Part shown: positions 1 to 9,126 of the stretch, in pieces
Position numbering within the stretch: the stretch's first letter is position 1
Layout of the letters: each line of letters begins with the position of its first letter
Source of the DNA: Akkermansiaceae bacterium
GTDB lineage: Bacteria; Verrucomicrobiota; Verrucomicrobiia; Verrucomicrobiales; Akkermansiaceae
Assembly: GCA_049889835.1 (NCBI GenBank)
Contig: JBMHCQ010000025.1
Span: 15,744-79,743 of the forward strand
Direction of reading: 5' to 3'
Length of the DNA stretch: 64,000 bases
Notes under the pieces: generated by a model
What the model was told of the DNA's origin: nothing
Database searches by the model: none
The model's input: only the letters and a program-made list of their open reading frames with translations
Program-made: the position numbers and the translations under genes

Positions 1-484
1 TCATCATCACGGTCGGCTGGACCACCGGGCTCTCCACGAATCTCTCACGAGCGAGCCGTTCAGGATCAGTCAACTGATTGACCCAATCCACATACCGCTG
101 CATCCCCTCACCCAGCGCATGAACCAACTCGATCCCGCAGCTGACGACATCCCACTTCCCGGCGATCAGAGGAGCCAAGGTCCTTTCAATGCGCTCGGAA
201 TGACAGCGGTCATCGGTGTCCATGCGAGCCAGCCATTTTCCGGAAGCGCTCTCTACGGCGGCATTTAAAGCCCTGATCAGATGGGGTTCGGCGCCCAAAT
301 CAAGGAGGTGAACCCTCGGATCACGCTCTTTTTGAAAAGCCGCCCGGACAGCATCCGGACAGCCATTCAACACCGCAATGATCTCGAGCTCCCGCCAGGT
401 CTGCCCTTTGAGGTCTTCCAGTGCGTCAAGCGCGCCTCGCGCACCGGGTCCAACCGGGAAAATCACCGAAACGAGATCCCTCAT
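1..484 (-). CDS. glycosyltransferase family 2, N-terminal 161 codons (3' end runs off the window start)
   Basis: Not in the ORF track because there is no stop inside the window. Minus-strand translation from ATG at 484-482 reads MRDLVSVIFPVGPGARGALDALEDLKGQTWRELEIIAVLNGCPDAVRAAFQKERDPRVHLLDLG...SGKWLARMDTDDRCHSERIE...VESPVVQPTVMM. The N-terminal beta-strand (VSVIFPV) and the DTDD (DxD) motif are typical of GT2 enzymes. Confidence 0.7.
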   Translation of the reverse strand, partial: MRDLVSVIFPVGPGARGALDALEDLKGQTWRELEIIAVLNGCPDAVRAAFQKERDPRVHLLDLGAEPHLIRALNAAVESASGKWLARMDTDDRCHSERIERTLAPLIAGKWDVVSCGIELVHALGEGMQRYVDWVNQLTDPERLARERFVESPVVQPTVMM

Positions 485-930
485 TCCCCCAGCCCTTCCC
501 CGAACAATTCACCCTCTTCCGATACGACGAGGAGCAAGGGACGACAGCAAACCTCGCAATCGTAGTCCATCTGACTGCCGTAGTCTTCCGGAGCAATTTG
601 CGAAACTTCAAACCATTCAAAACAAGTGGGACATTGGACCATCACAACTTCTCTCCGACGATCCCATCACCTCCCATAAAAACAACCACTTATCTCTCTT
701 AACACTCTTCATGAGCACTGCCCCCTCACAAGAGCCTCCTGTGTCCTTTTGCAGAAATATAAGAATCGATATGAGTCATCTCAAAATCGATTTCTTGCAT
801 GCGAATCTTCAAGAAATACCTGCTCGCCTGAATTGACAGCAGGAACCCAATTTAATCGGTATAAACGCTTTGAAGATGAGCGGGTTTTATTGAATTCGAG
901 CTCATCCGGCTGCGCGCATGATAGATTTCT

Positions 931-960
931 TGATCAGAAACGTTTTGATCAGCAACGTTT
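931..960. repeat. 15-nt tandem direct repeat TGATCAG(A/C)AACGTTT x2, possible operator
   Basis: 931-945 TGATCAGAAACGTTT and 946-960 TGATCAGCAACGTTT differ at one position and are followed by TGA again. They lie about 40 nt upstream of the ATG at 1002. Confidence 0.5.
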
Positions 961-1001
961 TGAAAGCGGCCACTCATCCGTGAGCTAGCATTTCCTCCTC
1001 A

Positions 1002-4000
1002 ATGCTGAAGCATCTTCCATTTATTCTGATTCTCCTGACCTCACCCGGACAGGCTGCAATCTCCTACAATCGCGATGTCCGGCCCATCCTTTCAGAGAAT
1101 TGCTTCTTCTGTCACGGATTCGACGAAAGTAAACGCAAAGCCGACCTTCGGCTCGATCTCCGCTCCGCGGCCGTTGAGATGAACGCTATTGTCCCCGGAC
1201 AACCTCATCAGTCGACATTGATCGATCGCATCTTCTCCAAAGATGAAGACGATCACATGCCGCCCCTGGACACCGCCTACCGCCTGACCGAGAACGAAAA
1301 AAACACCCTCGTGCAATGGATCAAGGAAGGCGCACAGTATGAAGAACATTGGGCTTTCCAAAAACTCACTCGCCCGGCAGTCCCCGGCTCTGATAAGGCC
1401 CCCATCGATGCCTTCCTCAAGCGCACTTGGAAAGAGCAAGGGATCGAACCTGTCACCAAAGCCGATCCCCGCACCCTTCTGCGCCGCCTCTCTTATGACC
1501 TCCGCGGGCTCCCCCCCACTCACGAAGAAGTGGCCGCATTCGTTGCCGACCCATCGAGCGCTCAGTATCAAAAATTCCTCGATCGCTGGCTCACCTCTAC
1601 CGAGCACGCCGAGCATCAGGGTCTCCTCTGGTTCGACCTCGTCCGCCACGCCGATTCCAATGGCATGGTTTCGGATGAACCGATCGCCACCGGCCCCTAC
1701 CGGAAATACGTCATCGAGTCCTTCCGTGACAACACGCCCTTCGACCAATTCACCCGCGAACAACTCGCCGGCGATCTCCTACCCGACCGCACTGATCGCA
1801 CCCTCACCGCCTCCGCCTACAACCGCTTGGTCAAAACAAACTGTGAAGCCGGAGTCATCGAAAAGGAAGCCCTCTACCAGCTCAAAGGTGAACACGTCCG
1901 CGCCCTCGGTACGGTCTGGCTTGGCCTCACCACCGGCTGCGCCGAATGCCACGATCACAAATACGACCCCCTCACCGCCAAGGACTACTACTCTCTGGCT
2001 GCTTTCTTCGACCCCTTGATTGAGGCCGGGGTCTACGAACCTGGAGACCGCAGGGTCCCGCTTCATTACCTCCATCCCAGCGAAAGCGATTCCGAAAAAG
2101 AACACCAACTCGTCACCCGGATCGATGAAGTCCGAAAAAAACTCTACGAATTAGAAATCAACCCCGAAGCCCTTAGGCTGTGGAAAGCTGAAATCCTCGC
2201 CAAAGAGAAGGCTGAAAAGTCCATTAAAGGTGAAATCGACTGGTCCTGGTTCCCCGCCCTCCTTCCGGTCGCTCACATCACCGAGGGCGACTTCACCCAG
2301 ACCAAAACTGGTCGCGAAGTCATTGCCCAACCAGGCGAGATTAAAGAACACCGCTGTATCGAGACATACACCACGGCAGGCGCCCACGACTATTTCGTAA
2401 ACCTCACCATCGACTCCGACAACAAGCCCGAGTTCATCGCCCTTCAGCTCATCAACGGCGCCTATCGCCGCATGGGCTGGCATAAAGACTACTTCCGTAC
2501 GTATTACTGGGGCCCCAAGGATCACCCGGCCGCTCTCAAGCACTTCCCACGCAAACCTGTCCGTATCGGTCCCCTCCCCAAAGCCGGGGAACTGCTCCGC
2601 CTCCACCTCCCCAAAGACAAACTGGGCTCCGCCAAATACGATGTCCAAGGCATGGCTTGGATTCAACAAGGAGGGAAAGTCACCTGGGGAAGTTCCGGTT
2701 ACCCCACCTCCTCCCATGGATTTTTCACCCGGGAGCTCGCGGAATCGACCCTGCGATACTTCTGGGAACTTCCTTTCAACCGGGACGACCGTAAAGATTT
2801 CAAAAAGCTCATCTTTGCAGCCCTCAAAACCAAAGCTCCACGCCCCATTCACACCACCATTGTTGAGATGACCTTTCGGGAGCACCAAAATCCCGAGCTC
2901 ACTGCTGAGCTCAACGAACTTTACCGCCAAATCTATCTCCACCGGCAGGGTGCGACGCCGAGCCTCGTCTCCAAAGTCGGTCCCCCTAAAAAGACCCACG
3001 TTCTCAGACGCGGAAACTTTATGGACGAGTCCGGCCCCCAAGCCCATCCCGCGATCCCCGAACGCTTCGGAACGCTGAGGACAAAAAACCCCACGCGTCT
3101 CGACCTCGCAAACTGGATCGTCTCGCAAGAGAACCCCCTTACTGCCCGGGTCTTCGTGAACAGACTCTGGCACCAATTCTACGGTCGGGGCATTTCAGAA
3201 ACCCTTGAGGACTCCGGAAATCAGGGCGACTGGCCCAGTCACGTCAAGCTCCTCGACTGGCTCGCCACCGAGTTCCGTTCTGATTGGGACATCCGAAAAA
3301 TGATCCGACTCATGGTCACCTCCGAGGCCTACCAACTTTCCTCGGTTCCCGGCTCACTCCTCTCCCAGACGGACCCCACCAACCGACTTCACGCCCGCCA
3401 GGGTCGGTTCCGCCACACTGCCGAGGAAATCCGCGACTCCGCCCTGCTCGCCGCCGACCTTCTTCAGCTCACTGAGGAAATCCCAAAGCAATCTTTCCAC
3501 CCTTATCAACCCGATGCCTACTGGGAAAAATCCAACAAAATCATGTATGGCTCCCGCTATCAAATTTGGGACACCAACCAAGGTAATTCCCAATATCAGC
3601 GGTCCCTCTACACCTTCTGGAAGCGGCAAAACATTCACCCGGCAATGCTCGCCCTCGATGCCCCCACCCGCCAAGAGTGCACCGCCAAACGCCCCATCAC
3701 CAACACCCCCGCCCAAGCGCTGGCGCTCTTGAATGATCCGCAATTCGTCGAAGCAGCAAACCACCTCGCCGCCCGGACCCTCACCACGCCCGGCGACAGC
3801 ATCGACAATCTCTTCCTCTTTGCCCTCCAACGAAAACCCACCCCAGAGGAGCACAAAGAACTCACCGCTCTCATCAAGCGAATGACTACACACTTCAAGG
3901 ACCATCCTGAAGAAGCCAAACAACTCACTTCTGTTGGGCAAAAAAAAACCACCCCGCAAGATACTCCAACCCACTCCGCCTGGATCACCGCCGCTCGCGT

Positions 4001-4037
4001 CGTCCTAAACCTGCACGAGTTTCTCACTCGAAATTAG
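1002..4037 (+). CDS. PSCyt1/PSCyt2(DUF1549)/PSD(DUF1553)-type cytochrome-like protein, 1011 aa
   Basis: Signal peptide MLKHLPFILILLTSPGQA. CFFCHG (CxxCH heme-c motif) lies at the N-terminus, and the CAECHDHKYDP motif is characteristic of DUF1549-type domains. Long C-terminal region, with a DUF1501 partner gene 16 nt downstream. This pairing is typical of Planctomycetes/Verrucomicrobia. Confidence 0.85.
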   Translation: MLKHLPFILILLTSPGQAAISYNRDVRPILSENCFFCHGFDESKRKADLRLDLRSAAVEMNAIVPGQPHQSTLIDRIFSKDEDDHMPPLDTAYRLTENEKNTLVQWIKEGAQYEEHWAFQKLTRPAVPGSDKAPIDAFLKRTWKEQGIEPVTKADPRTLLRRLSYDLRGLPPTHEEVAAFVADPSSAQYQKFLDRWLTSTEHAEHQGLLWFDLVRHADSNGMVSDEPIATGPYRKYVIESFRDNTPFDQFTREQLAGDLLPDRTDRTLTASAYNRLVKTNCEAGVIEKEALYQLKGEHVRALGTVWLGLTTGCAECHDHKYDPLTAKDYYSLAAFFDPLIEAGVYEPGDRRVPLHYLHPSESDSEKEHQLVTRIDEVRKKLYELEINPEALRLWKAEILAKEKAEKSIKGEIDWSWFPALLPVAHITEGDFTQTKTGREVIAQPGEIKEHRCIETYTTAGAHDYFVNLTIDSDNKPEFIALQLINGAYRRMGWHKDYFRTYYWGPKDHPAALKHFPRKPVRIGPLPKAGELLRLHLPKDKLGSAKYDVQGMAWIQQGGKVTWGSSGYPTSSHGFFTRELAESTLRYFWELPFNRDDRKDFKKLIFAALKTKAPRPIHTTIVEMTFREHQNPELTAELNELYRQIYLHRQGATPSLVSKVGPPKKTHVLRRGNFMDESGPQAHPAIPERFGTLRTKNPTRLDLANWIVSQENPLTARVFVNRLWHQFYGRGISETLEDSGNQGDWPSHVKLLDWLATEFRSDWDIRKMIRLMVTSEAYQLSSVPGSLLSQTDPTNRLHARQGRFRHTAEEIRDSALLAADLLQLTEEIPKQSFHPYQPDAYWEKSNKIMYGSRYQIWDTNQGNSQYQRSLYTFWKRQNIHPAMLALDAPTRQECTAKRPITNTPAQALALLNDPQFVEAANHLAARTLTTPGDSIDNLFLFALQRKPTPEEHKELTALIKRMTTHFKDHPEEAKQLTSVGQKKTTPQDTPTHSAWITAARVVLNLHEFLTRN

Positions 4038-4053
4038 ACCGCTTTGACTACCC

Positions 4054-5415
4054 ATGAATTTAATTTCCCGTCGTCAATTCTCCACCGTGCTCTCTGCAAC
4101 TGCACTTTCTTCGCTTCTTTCACGAGACCTGTCTGCCGCTCCCATTTCTTCCCCTTTGGCCCCAAAAGCCAAGCGCGTTATTTACCTCTACATGGCCGGC
4201 GGCCCCTCGCAGTTTGAATCTTTTGATTACAAACCCGAACTGCAAAAAAACAATGGGAAACCCATTCCCGACTCCCTCACCAAGGGGGTCAAACTGGCCT
4301 TCCTTCAGCACTCTGCTCTCAAGTGCTTTGGTACCAAGGCCGCATTCAAAAAGTGCGGTCAATCCGGGCAGGAAATCTCCAACCTCCTGCCTCACCTTCA
4401 GGGAATTGCGGATGACCTTTGCATCATCCGCACCCAACAAACCGACCAAGTCAATCACGACCCCGCGCACGCATTCATGAACACCGGCACCGCCATCGCC
4501 GGACGACCCAGCATGGGGTCCTGGCTCAGCTACGGCCTCGGCCACGAAGCTGATAATCTTCCCGCTTTCGTCGTTATGCGCTCCGGCCCCGAAGGCCAAC
4601 CGATTCCGCAGACCGCCTGGAACGCCGGCTTTCTCCCCGGCAGGCACACCGGAGTCGAGTTCTACTCGAAAGGCACACCGCTCAACTATCTCCAGTCGCC
4701 CAACGGTATCGCCCGCTCCACCCAGCGTGCTTCGCTGGATACCCTCACCAAGCTCAACCAGCTCCATCACGACCAAGTCGCCGACCCAGAAATCCTCACG
4801 CGTCTCGCGCAGTATGAACTCGCTTACAAAATGCAGGCCAGTGTCCCTGACCTTGCCGACTTCGCCAGCGAGCCCAAACACATTCGCGAGATGTATGGTG
4901 TCAAAAATTCCCCGAACGGCACCTTCGGGTCCAATTGCCTCATGGCTCGGCGTATGGCCGAGCGCGGCGTTCGATTCATCCAGCTTTACCACTCAGGCTG
5001 GGATCACCACGGCAATGTCGATGGCGGGATGAAGTCCCGCTGCAAGGACATCGACAAAGGAGCTGCCGCTCTCATCAAAGATCTCAAACAACGCGGGCTC
5101 CTCGATGACACCCTCGTCATCTGGGGCGGAGAATTCGGCCGCACCCCGATGTCCCAAGGGTCCGGGCGGGATCATCATACCAAGTCCGGCTCCATGTTCA
5201 TGGCCGGCGGCGGGATCAAAGGCGGCGTCACCTATGGCGAGACCGACCCCTTTGGCTTCACCGCCGCCAAAGACCCCTTCCACGTTCACGACTTCCATGC
5301 CACCGCACTCCACCTCCTGGGCATCGAGCACAAAAAGCTCACCTATAAATATAAGGGCCGCAATTTCCGCCTCACCGATGTGCACGGACAGGTCGTGAAA
5401 AAGATCCTCACATAG
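4054..5415 (+). CDS. DUF1501 family protein (sulfatase-fold-like), 453 aa
   Basis: Tat-like N-terminus (SRRQFSTVLSATALSSLL). Motifs VIWGGEFGRTP and GRDHH match what I recognise from DUF1501. It sits immediately downstream of the DUF1553-type gene. Confidence 0.85.
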   Translation: MNLISRRQFSTVLSATALSSLLSRDLSAAPISSPLAPKAKRVIYLYMAGGPSQFESFDYKPELQKNNGKPIPDSLTKGVKLAFLQHSALKCFGTKAAFKKCGQSGQEISNLLPHLQGIADDLCIIRTQQTDQVNHDPAHAFMNTGTAIAGRPSMGSWLSYGLGHEADNLPAFVVMRSGPEGQPIPQTAWNAGFLPGRHTGVEFYSKGTPLNYLQSPNGIARSTQRASLDTLTKLNQLHHDQVADPEILTRLAQYELAYKMQASVPDLADFASEPKHIREMYGVKNSPNGTFGSNCLMARRMAERGVRFIQLYHSGWDHHGNVDGGMKSRCKDIDKGAAALIKDLKQRGLLDDTLVIWGGEFGRTPMSQGSGRDHHTKSGSMFMAGGGIKGGVTYGETDPFGFTAAKDPFHVHDFHATALHLLGIEHKKLTYKYKGRNFRLTDVHGQVVKKILT

Positions 5416-5637
5416 CGAACGAATCCTTTACTCAGGAAGACCTAGTTCAGAAAGAAAGCTCTTTCGCTGAGCCAAGGACATCGGACTCTCATTGGCCTCG
5501 TGGACAAGACTCTTTTTCCGTTCCGATCGATCCCTCCAATCGATCGACCGTTCAACCACGAGGAGCACCGTCGTCGCCTCTTGGGACGCACGCTCGGGAT
5601 TGAGATCAGAGAAGCGAGGGATTTTTCCTCCCTGCAC

Positions 5638-5671
5638 AAAAAACGGATCTTCCCGAAGAAAGAGCCGTTTT
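5638..5671 (-). terminator. intrinsic terminator candidate downstream of PEP-CTERM gene 1
   Basis: Minus-strand AAAACGG-CTCTTTCTTCGGGAAGAT-CCGTTTTTT: outer 7-bp stem, inner TCTT/AAGA stem with a CGGG loop, then a T-run. It starts 25 nt after the stop at 5696. Confidence 0.55.
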
Positions 5672-5695
5672 GAAAACAGTCTTCTGGACGAAAAA

Positions 5696-6343
5696 CTATC
5701 GCTTACGACGAACCAATCCGAAAAGAGCCAAGCCACTCAAAAGAGCAGTCGAGGGCTCAGGAATAGCGGTGACTGAATAGGTCCCTACTGGAACGGGCGA
5801 AGCGGCCGTTGCATTGCTTGTTTCACTATCAAGGACGTTTGTTCCACTAAAAGTCCAATCGGCTAATACAAACTCACCGGCCGACGTATCGTCTTTTCTG
5901 TAAGCCCAACCATCAAGGTATTCCCATGCCTGCCCAGTTCCATCTGTGTTGATGTCACCAAAAGTGTCGATGACTACACCAGATTGGAAAAGCTCGATCG
6001 CATCGTCCCCATTTATGGACATTGCACCTGTCGCATGGTCGGGGGCAAATCCGAAAAAATTGGTAAATTGTGTAGCTTCAGTTGCCACATAAATAAACGA
6101 TCCCGCAACCGCTGAAACAGACGGAAACGTGAACTCCTCACCGTCGGAACCGCCACCGTTGTTGGCAGATCCAAGACCATAAGAAGAAAGATCAGGAATA
6201 TTTGAAGTCACATACAACTCGACTCCTTTTGGAGTCCCGCCGCTGAGTGGCCCATCGTATGCGGCTGTGATCACTAGCGACGCCTGAGAGGCGGATACCG
6301 AACCAAGCAGTCCTATAACAATTAGGGAATAACTTTGCATCAC
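5696..6343 (-). CDS. PEP-CTERM-anchored secreted protein with lamin-tail-like (LTD) domain, 215 aa
   Basis: N-terminal signal peptide (MMQSYSLIVIGLLGSVSASQA). C-terminal IPEPSTALLSGLALFGLVRRKR is a PEP-CTERM sorting signal. The core (TPKGVELYVTSNIPDLSSYGLGSANNGGGSDGEEFTF...INGDDAIELF) resembles LTD domains seen in ExeM/NucH-type proteins. Confidence 0.8.
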   Translation of the reverse strand: MMQSYSLIVIGLLGSVSASQASLVITAAYDGPLSGGTPKGVELYVTSNIPDLSSYGLGSANNGGGSDGEEFTFPSVSAVAGSFIYVATEATQFTNFFGFAPDHATGAMSINGDDAIELFQSGVVIDTFGDINTDGTGQAWEYLDGWAYRKDDTSAGEFVLADWTFSGTNVLDSETSNATAASPVPVGTYSVTAIPEPSTALLSGLALFGLVRRKR

Positions 6344-6786
6344 CCCGAAATAAAAGCAGACGCCGGGCCAATCGTCGAAACAATTCTCTGTTACGTTATC
6401 GACATTAATTAAGAACTATTGAGTATCTCCCCGTTATGTTACGAGCTCTGTTGCCTCGCGCTGCGAGCTCTCGCATGCCGGTTTACGTAATAATCGGAAC
6501 AGGCGAACGGCGGGTCCCCGAGGGGGCATTCGCTCTTTTCGAGGCGCTCAATCCGGCAGGACAGGCCTAATTCACCACCGAAATCGTAAAAGATGCCGCA
6601 GACAACGCAGAACACGGATCCATCATTTCCATTCAGTTTGTCAAAGGTTTATGGCCAATGGAATTCTTCGGGGGGAGACACGATGGTCTCTCCCTTCAAC
6701 TTCAATACAAAAGCCTACCTCCGAATCAAGGGGCCCTATCTCCGCCTGACCGGAGCTCACTGACATGTTGCAAAAAAGATCCCGGC

Positions 6787-6816
6787 ACAAAAACGGCTCC
6801 ACCCAAAGGAGGAGCC
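6787..6816 (-). terminator. intrinsic terminator candidate downstream of PEP-CTERM gene 2
   Basis: Minus-strand GGCTCC-TCCTTTGGGT-GGAGCC followed by GTTTTTGTG, 24 nt after the stop at 6840. Confidence 0.6.
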
Positions 6817-6839
6817 ATTTTGAAAAAACCTCCTGAAAA

Positions 6840-7532
6840 CTATCGCTTGCGACGAAAGAGTCCGACGAAAGCCAAGCCACTCAAGAGAGCAGCGGAGGGC
6901 TCGGGGACTGGCGCACCAAAGCTGACATCATCAAGCGCAAATTCGTCACGCGCTCCACTGCCCGAAACATCATTGCCATCCCAGCGCAGAAATAAACTTC
7001 CTCCATCCGGGATGGATACCGCCACTGAGCCACTGTAGGCAACTCCTACGGTCCAACCCGCCGCATCAGCCAGTTCGGGAGAAACAAAAGAAGCTCCGCC
7101 AATCGGAATGAAGGAGGTCCCATCCGTCGAGTAGCTGAGGGCCAATGAATTTGCAGTAGGCTGGTCATTATAATAATACCCCGTGAATCCCAGCTCTACT
7201 GCCGTCAGCGCAGCTCCTGAGTCATTTGTCACTTCGAGCTGAAAGTATCCCGGAGTGAAATCACTTCCCGCAGGCTGAACTCCAAGGGCCACATTTCCCC
7301 CACCCACATCAAAGGCGTAAGCTCCCCCAGTGCCCACTCCTCCTGAAGAAGATCCACGTCTTTCAGAAAATCCTGGCCCGGAACTGAACCCATTTGCATC
7401 CCAACCCGTAGGACCGGCGGTCCCATCATATCCGGTGAAGGTCTGGGAAATGGTTGTCCCCGTGAAACTCACTGCTCCAAAACAAGCCGGCATCGAGAGG
7501 GCCACCGCGAGAACTATGATTGAATGATTCAT
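6840..7532 (-). CDS. PEP-CTERM-anchored secreted protein, 230 aa
   Basis: Signal peptide MNHSIIVLAVALSMPACFGA. C-terminal VPEPSAALLSGLAFVGLFRRKR is a PEP-CTERM signal. The body is Gly/Ser/Thr-rich and beta-rich. Confidence 0.8.
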   Translation of the reverse strand: MNHSIIVLAVALSMPACFGAVSFTGTTISQTFTGYDGTAGPTGWDANGFSSGPGFSERRGSSSGGVGTGGAYAFDVGGGNVALGVQPAGSDFTPGYFQLEVTNDSGAALTAVELGFTGYYYNDQPTANSLALSYSTDGTSFIPIGGASFVSPELADAAGWTVGVAYSGSVAVSIPDGGSLFLRWDGNDVSGSGARDEFALDDVSFGAPVPEPSAALLSGLAFVGLFRRKR

Positions 7533-7708
7533 ATTGAGTCTAATTTGTTGTCTCCGAACTCTAGAAGGATCGTTAGCTCCTCACAACCCAAGCAGATGCC
7601 GAACCACAAAGCCACCTAATTTTTTGTGACTTTCCCCAAAGTATTTAAGGTTTATGAATTAGTAGTCGAAGACTTGCGGTCAACTGCTGAGTATTTAAGT
7701 TCTCCTCG

Positions 7709-8755
7709 ATGGCAGTTTACGTGGTGACAGGAAGCGACGAGGGGCGGGTCTCCGAGGAGGCCTCCGCCCTTTTCGAGAAGCTCAAGCCGGAGGGAAGCGA
7801 TGAATTCGCCAACGAAATTATCGAGGGCGCCGCAGACAATGCGGAGCACGGCTTCACCATTGCGGCTCAGGTCGCCGAAGGCCTGCAAACGATGGGATTC
7901 TTCGGGGGAGATAAGGTGGTCTGGCTCAAAGGAGCGACCTTCATGGGGAGCGACCGCACCAGCGAGGCTGAACGGGCTAAAGCCGGGGTCGAAAATCTCC
8001 TCGAAACTCTAAAGTCCGGACTTCCGGAAGGCGTAATATTTCTCATTAGCGCCACCGCCATCGACAAGCGTCGCTCATTCTATAAATGGCTTGCTAAAAA
8101 CGGGGAGCTACGGAGCTACGACAAGATCGACGTTTCCAAGGAAGGCTGGGAGGACCAAGTCGCACATCTCGTCCAAACCAGCGCGCAAAATAAAAATCTT
8201 ACTTTCACCGACGACGCTCTGGACCTCTTCGTCCAACTCGCAGGCGAGGAAACACGGCAGATTTTAAACGAACTGGAAAAACTCGACCTCTACCTCGGTG
8301 ACCGTCGCGAGATCTCCGTGAAGGATGTCCAGCTCATGGTTCCACTGAGTCGCAAGGGCGTCATTTGGGAAATTTCCCGGGCCATCGAATCCCGACGTGC
8401 CACCCGCGCCATCGAACTCATTGACCAGCAGCTCACCAAAAACGAAAGTGCCATCGGCCTCGTCAAAGCGGCAATTATTCCCACGGTGCGTAATCTTTTT
8501 TTCGCCAAGCTCGTGGAACCATACCGCTCGGTCAATCAAGCCCCAAGCGGAGTTGTCGCAGTTCTCCCCAAGAAAAAAGACGGTGGAATCAACACCTGGG
8601 GAATTAAGATGGCCGCTCCCAAGGCGCGAAATTTCAAACTTTCCCAGCTTCAAAAAGGCCTCGAAAGCTGTCTCAATGCTGACCGAGTATTGGTCACCAC
8701 CGGTCAGGACCACCGCATGGTACTCCATCGACTGGTGGTCGAACTCTGCGCCTAA
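7709..8755 (+). CDS. holA: DNA polymerase III delta subunit-like, 348 aa
   Basis: N-terminus VYVVTGSDEGRVSEEASALFEKLKP...LQTMGFFGGDKVVWLKGATF and the overall length and helical C-terminal region match my recollection of HolA. There is no Walker A motif, as expected for delta. Confidence 0.7.
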   Translation: MAVYVVTGSDEGRVSEEASALFEKLKPEGSDEFANEIIEGAADNAEHGFTIAAQVAEGLQTMGFFGGDKVVWLKGATFMGSDRTSEAERAKAGVENLLETLKSGLPEGVIFLISATAIDKRRSFYKWLAKNGELRSYDKIDVSKEGWEDQVAHLVQTSAQNKNLTFTDDALDLFVQLAGEETRQILNELEKLDLYLGDRREISVKDVQLMVPLSRKGVIWEISRAIESRRATRAIELIDQQLTKNESAIGLVKAAIIPTVRNLFFAKLVEPYRSVNQAPSGVVAVLPKKKDGGINTWGIKMAAPKARNFKLSQLQKGLESCLNADRVLVTTGQDHRMVLHRLVVELCA

Positions 8756-8769
8756 AGCCCACCTCACTC

Positions 8770-9123
8770 ATGAGAACCCTTCTCTTCATCCCCTTTTTCA
8801 TCCTCGGGAGTTGTGCGCCCGTTCCGCCAGATCCCACTCCTCCGCCCGTCGTCGCGCCCACTCATACCGCGCCTCCCGTCGTCAAAACAGCTCCAGAAGT
8901 GACCCTTCGCAATTTCACGGCCAAGGACATCGTACTCGGCATCAAAGATCCGGAAACCGGAAAACCCACGATGTATTCCATTCCCGCACGTTCGAAACGT
9001 CGCATTGAGATCGCCGCCGGCACCTACTCCTGGGCCGCCACCGCAGAGAAGGCCGGCGTAAAGAAAGGACAAAAAAACTTCGCCAGTGGCCAAACGTATC
9101 TCTGGGATTTTAATCTCGATTAA
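8770..9123 (+). CDS. small lipoprotein, hypothetical, 117 aa
   Basis: Lipobox FFILGSC followed by a Pro-rich linker (APVPPDPTPPPVVAPTHTAPPVV). Genome-typical codon usage. Lies 14 nt after holA and 3 nt before the permease gene. Confidence 0.6.
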   Translation: MRTLLFIPFFILGSCAPVPPDPTPPPVVAPTHTAPPVVKTAPEVTLRNFTAKDIVLGIKDPETGKPTMYSIPARSKRRIEIAAGTYSWAATAEKAGVKKGQKNFASGQTYLWDFNLD

Positions 9124-9126
9124 AGA

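Noticed and set aside
1092-5385. Multiple 100-340-aa ORFs on both strands inside the PSCyt/DUF1553 and DUF1501 genes (for example 2151-3176 on the minus strand, 4120-4992 on the minus strand, 1339-2019 on the plus strand).
   Set aside because: They are antisense or out-of-frame shadows of two well-supported genes. Their products are Pro/Ser/Gly/Arg-rich and lack any domain signature. The same applies to 21566-22465(-) over plsX, 27235-27948(-) over imuB, 29684-30331(-) and 30482-31168(-) over dnaE2, 52606-53394(+) over GH20, 54969-55787(+) over hrpB, and 36497-36961(-) over nadD.
6503-6540. GCGAACGGCGGGTCCCCGAGGGGGCATTCGC followed by TCTTTTC, considered as another orphan + strand terminator upstream of PEP-CTERM gene 1.
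   Set aside because: The stem is only 5 outer bp plus a poorly formed inner CCCC/GGGG segment, and the T-run is interrupted. The evidence is too weak.
5428-6880. Two similar minus-strand ORFs (5428-5736, MAWLFSDWFVVSDSF…; 6641-6880, MAWLSSDSFVASDSF…) that might be a conserved small-protein family.
   Set aside because: Their similar N-termini are just the alternative-frame reading of the homologous PEP-CTERM-encoding 3' ends of the two real genes. The remainder diverges and spans the terminators.
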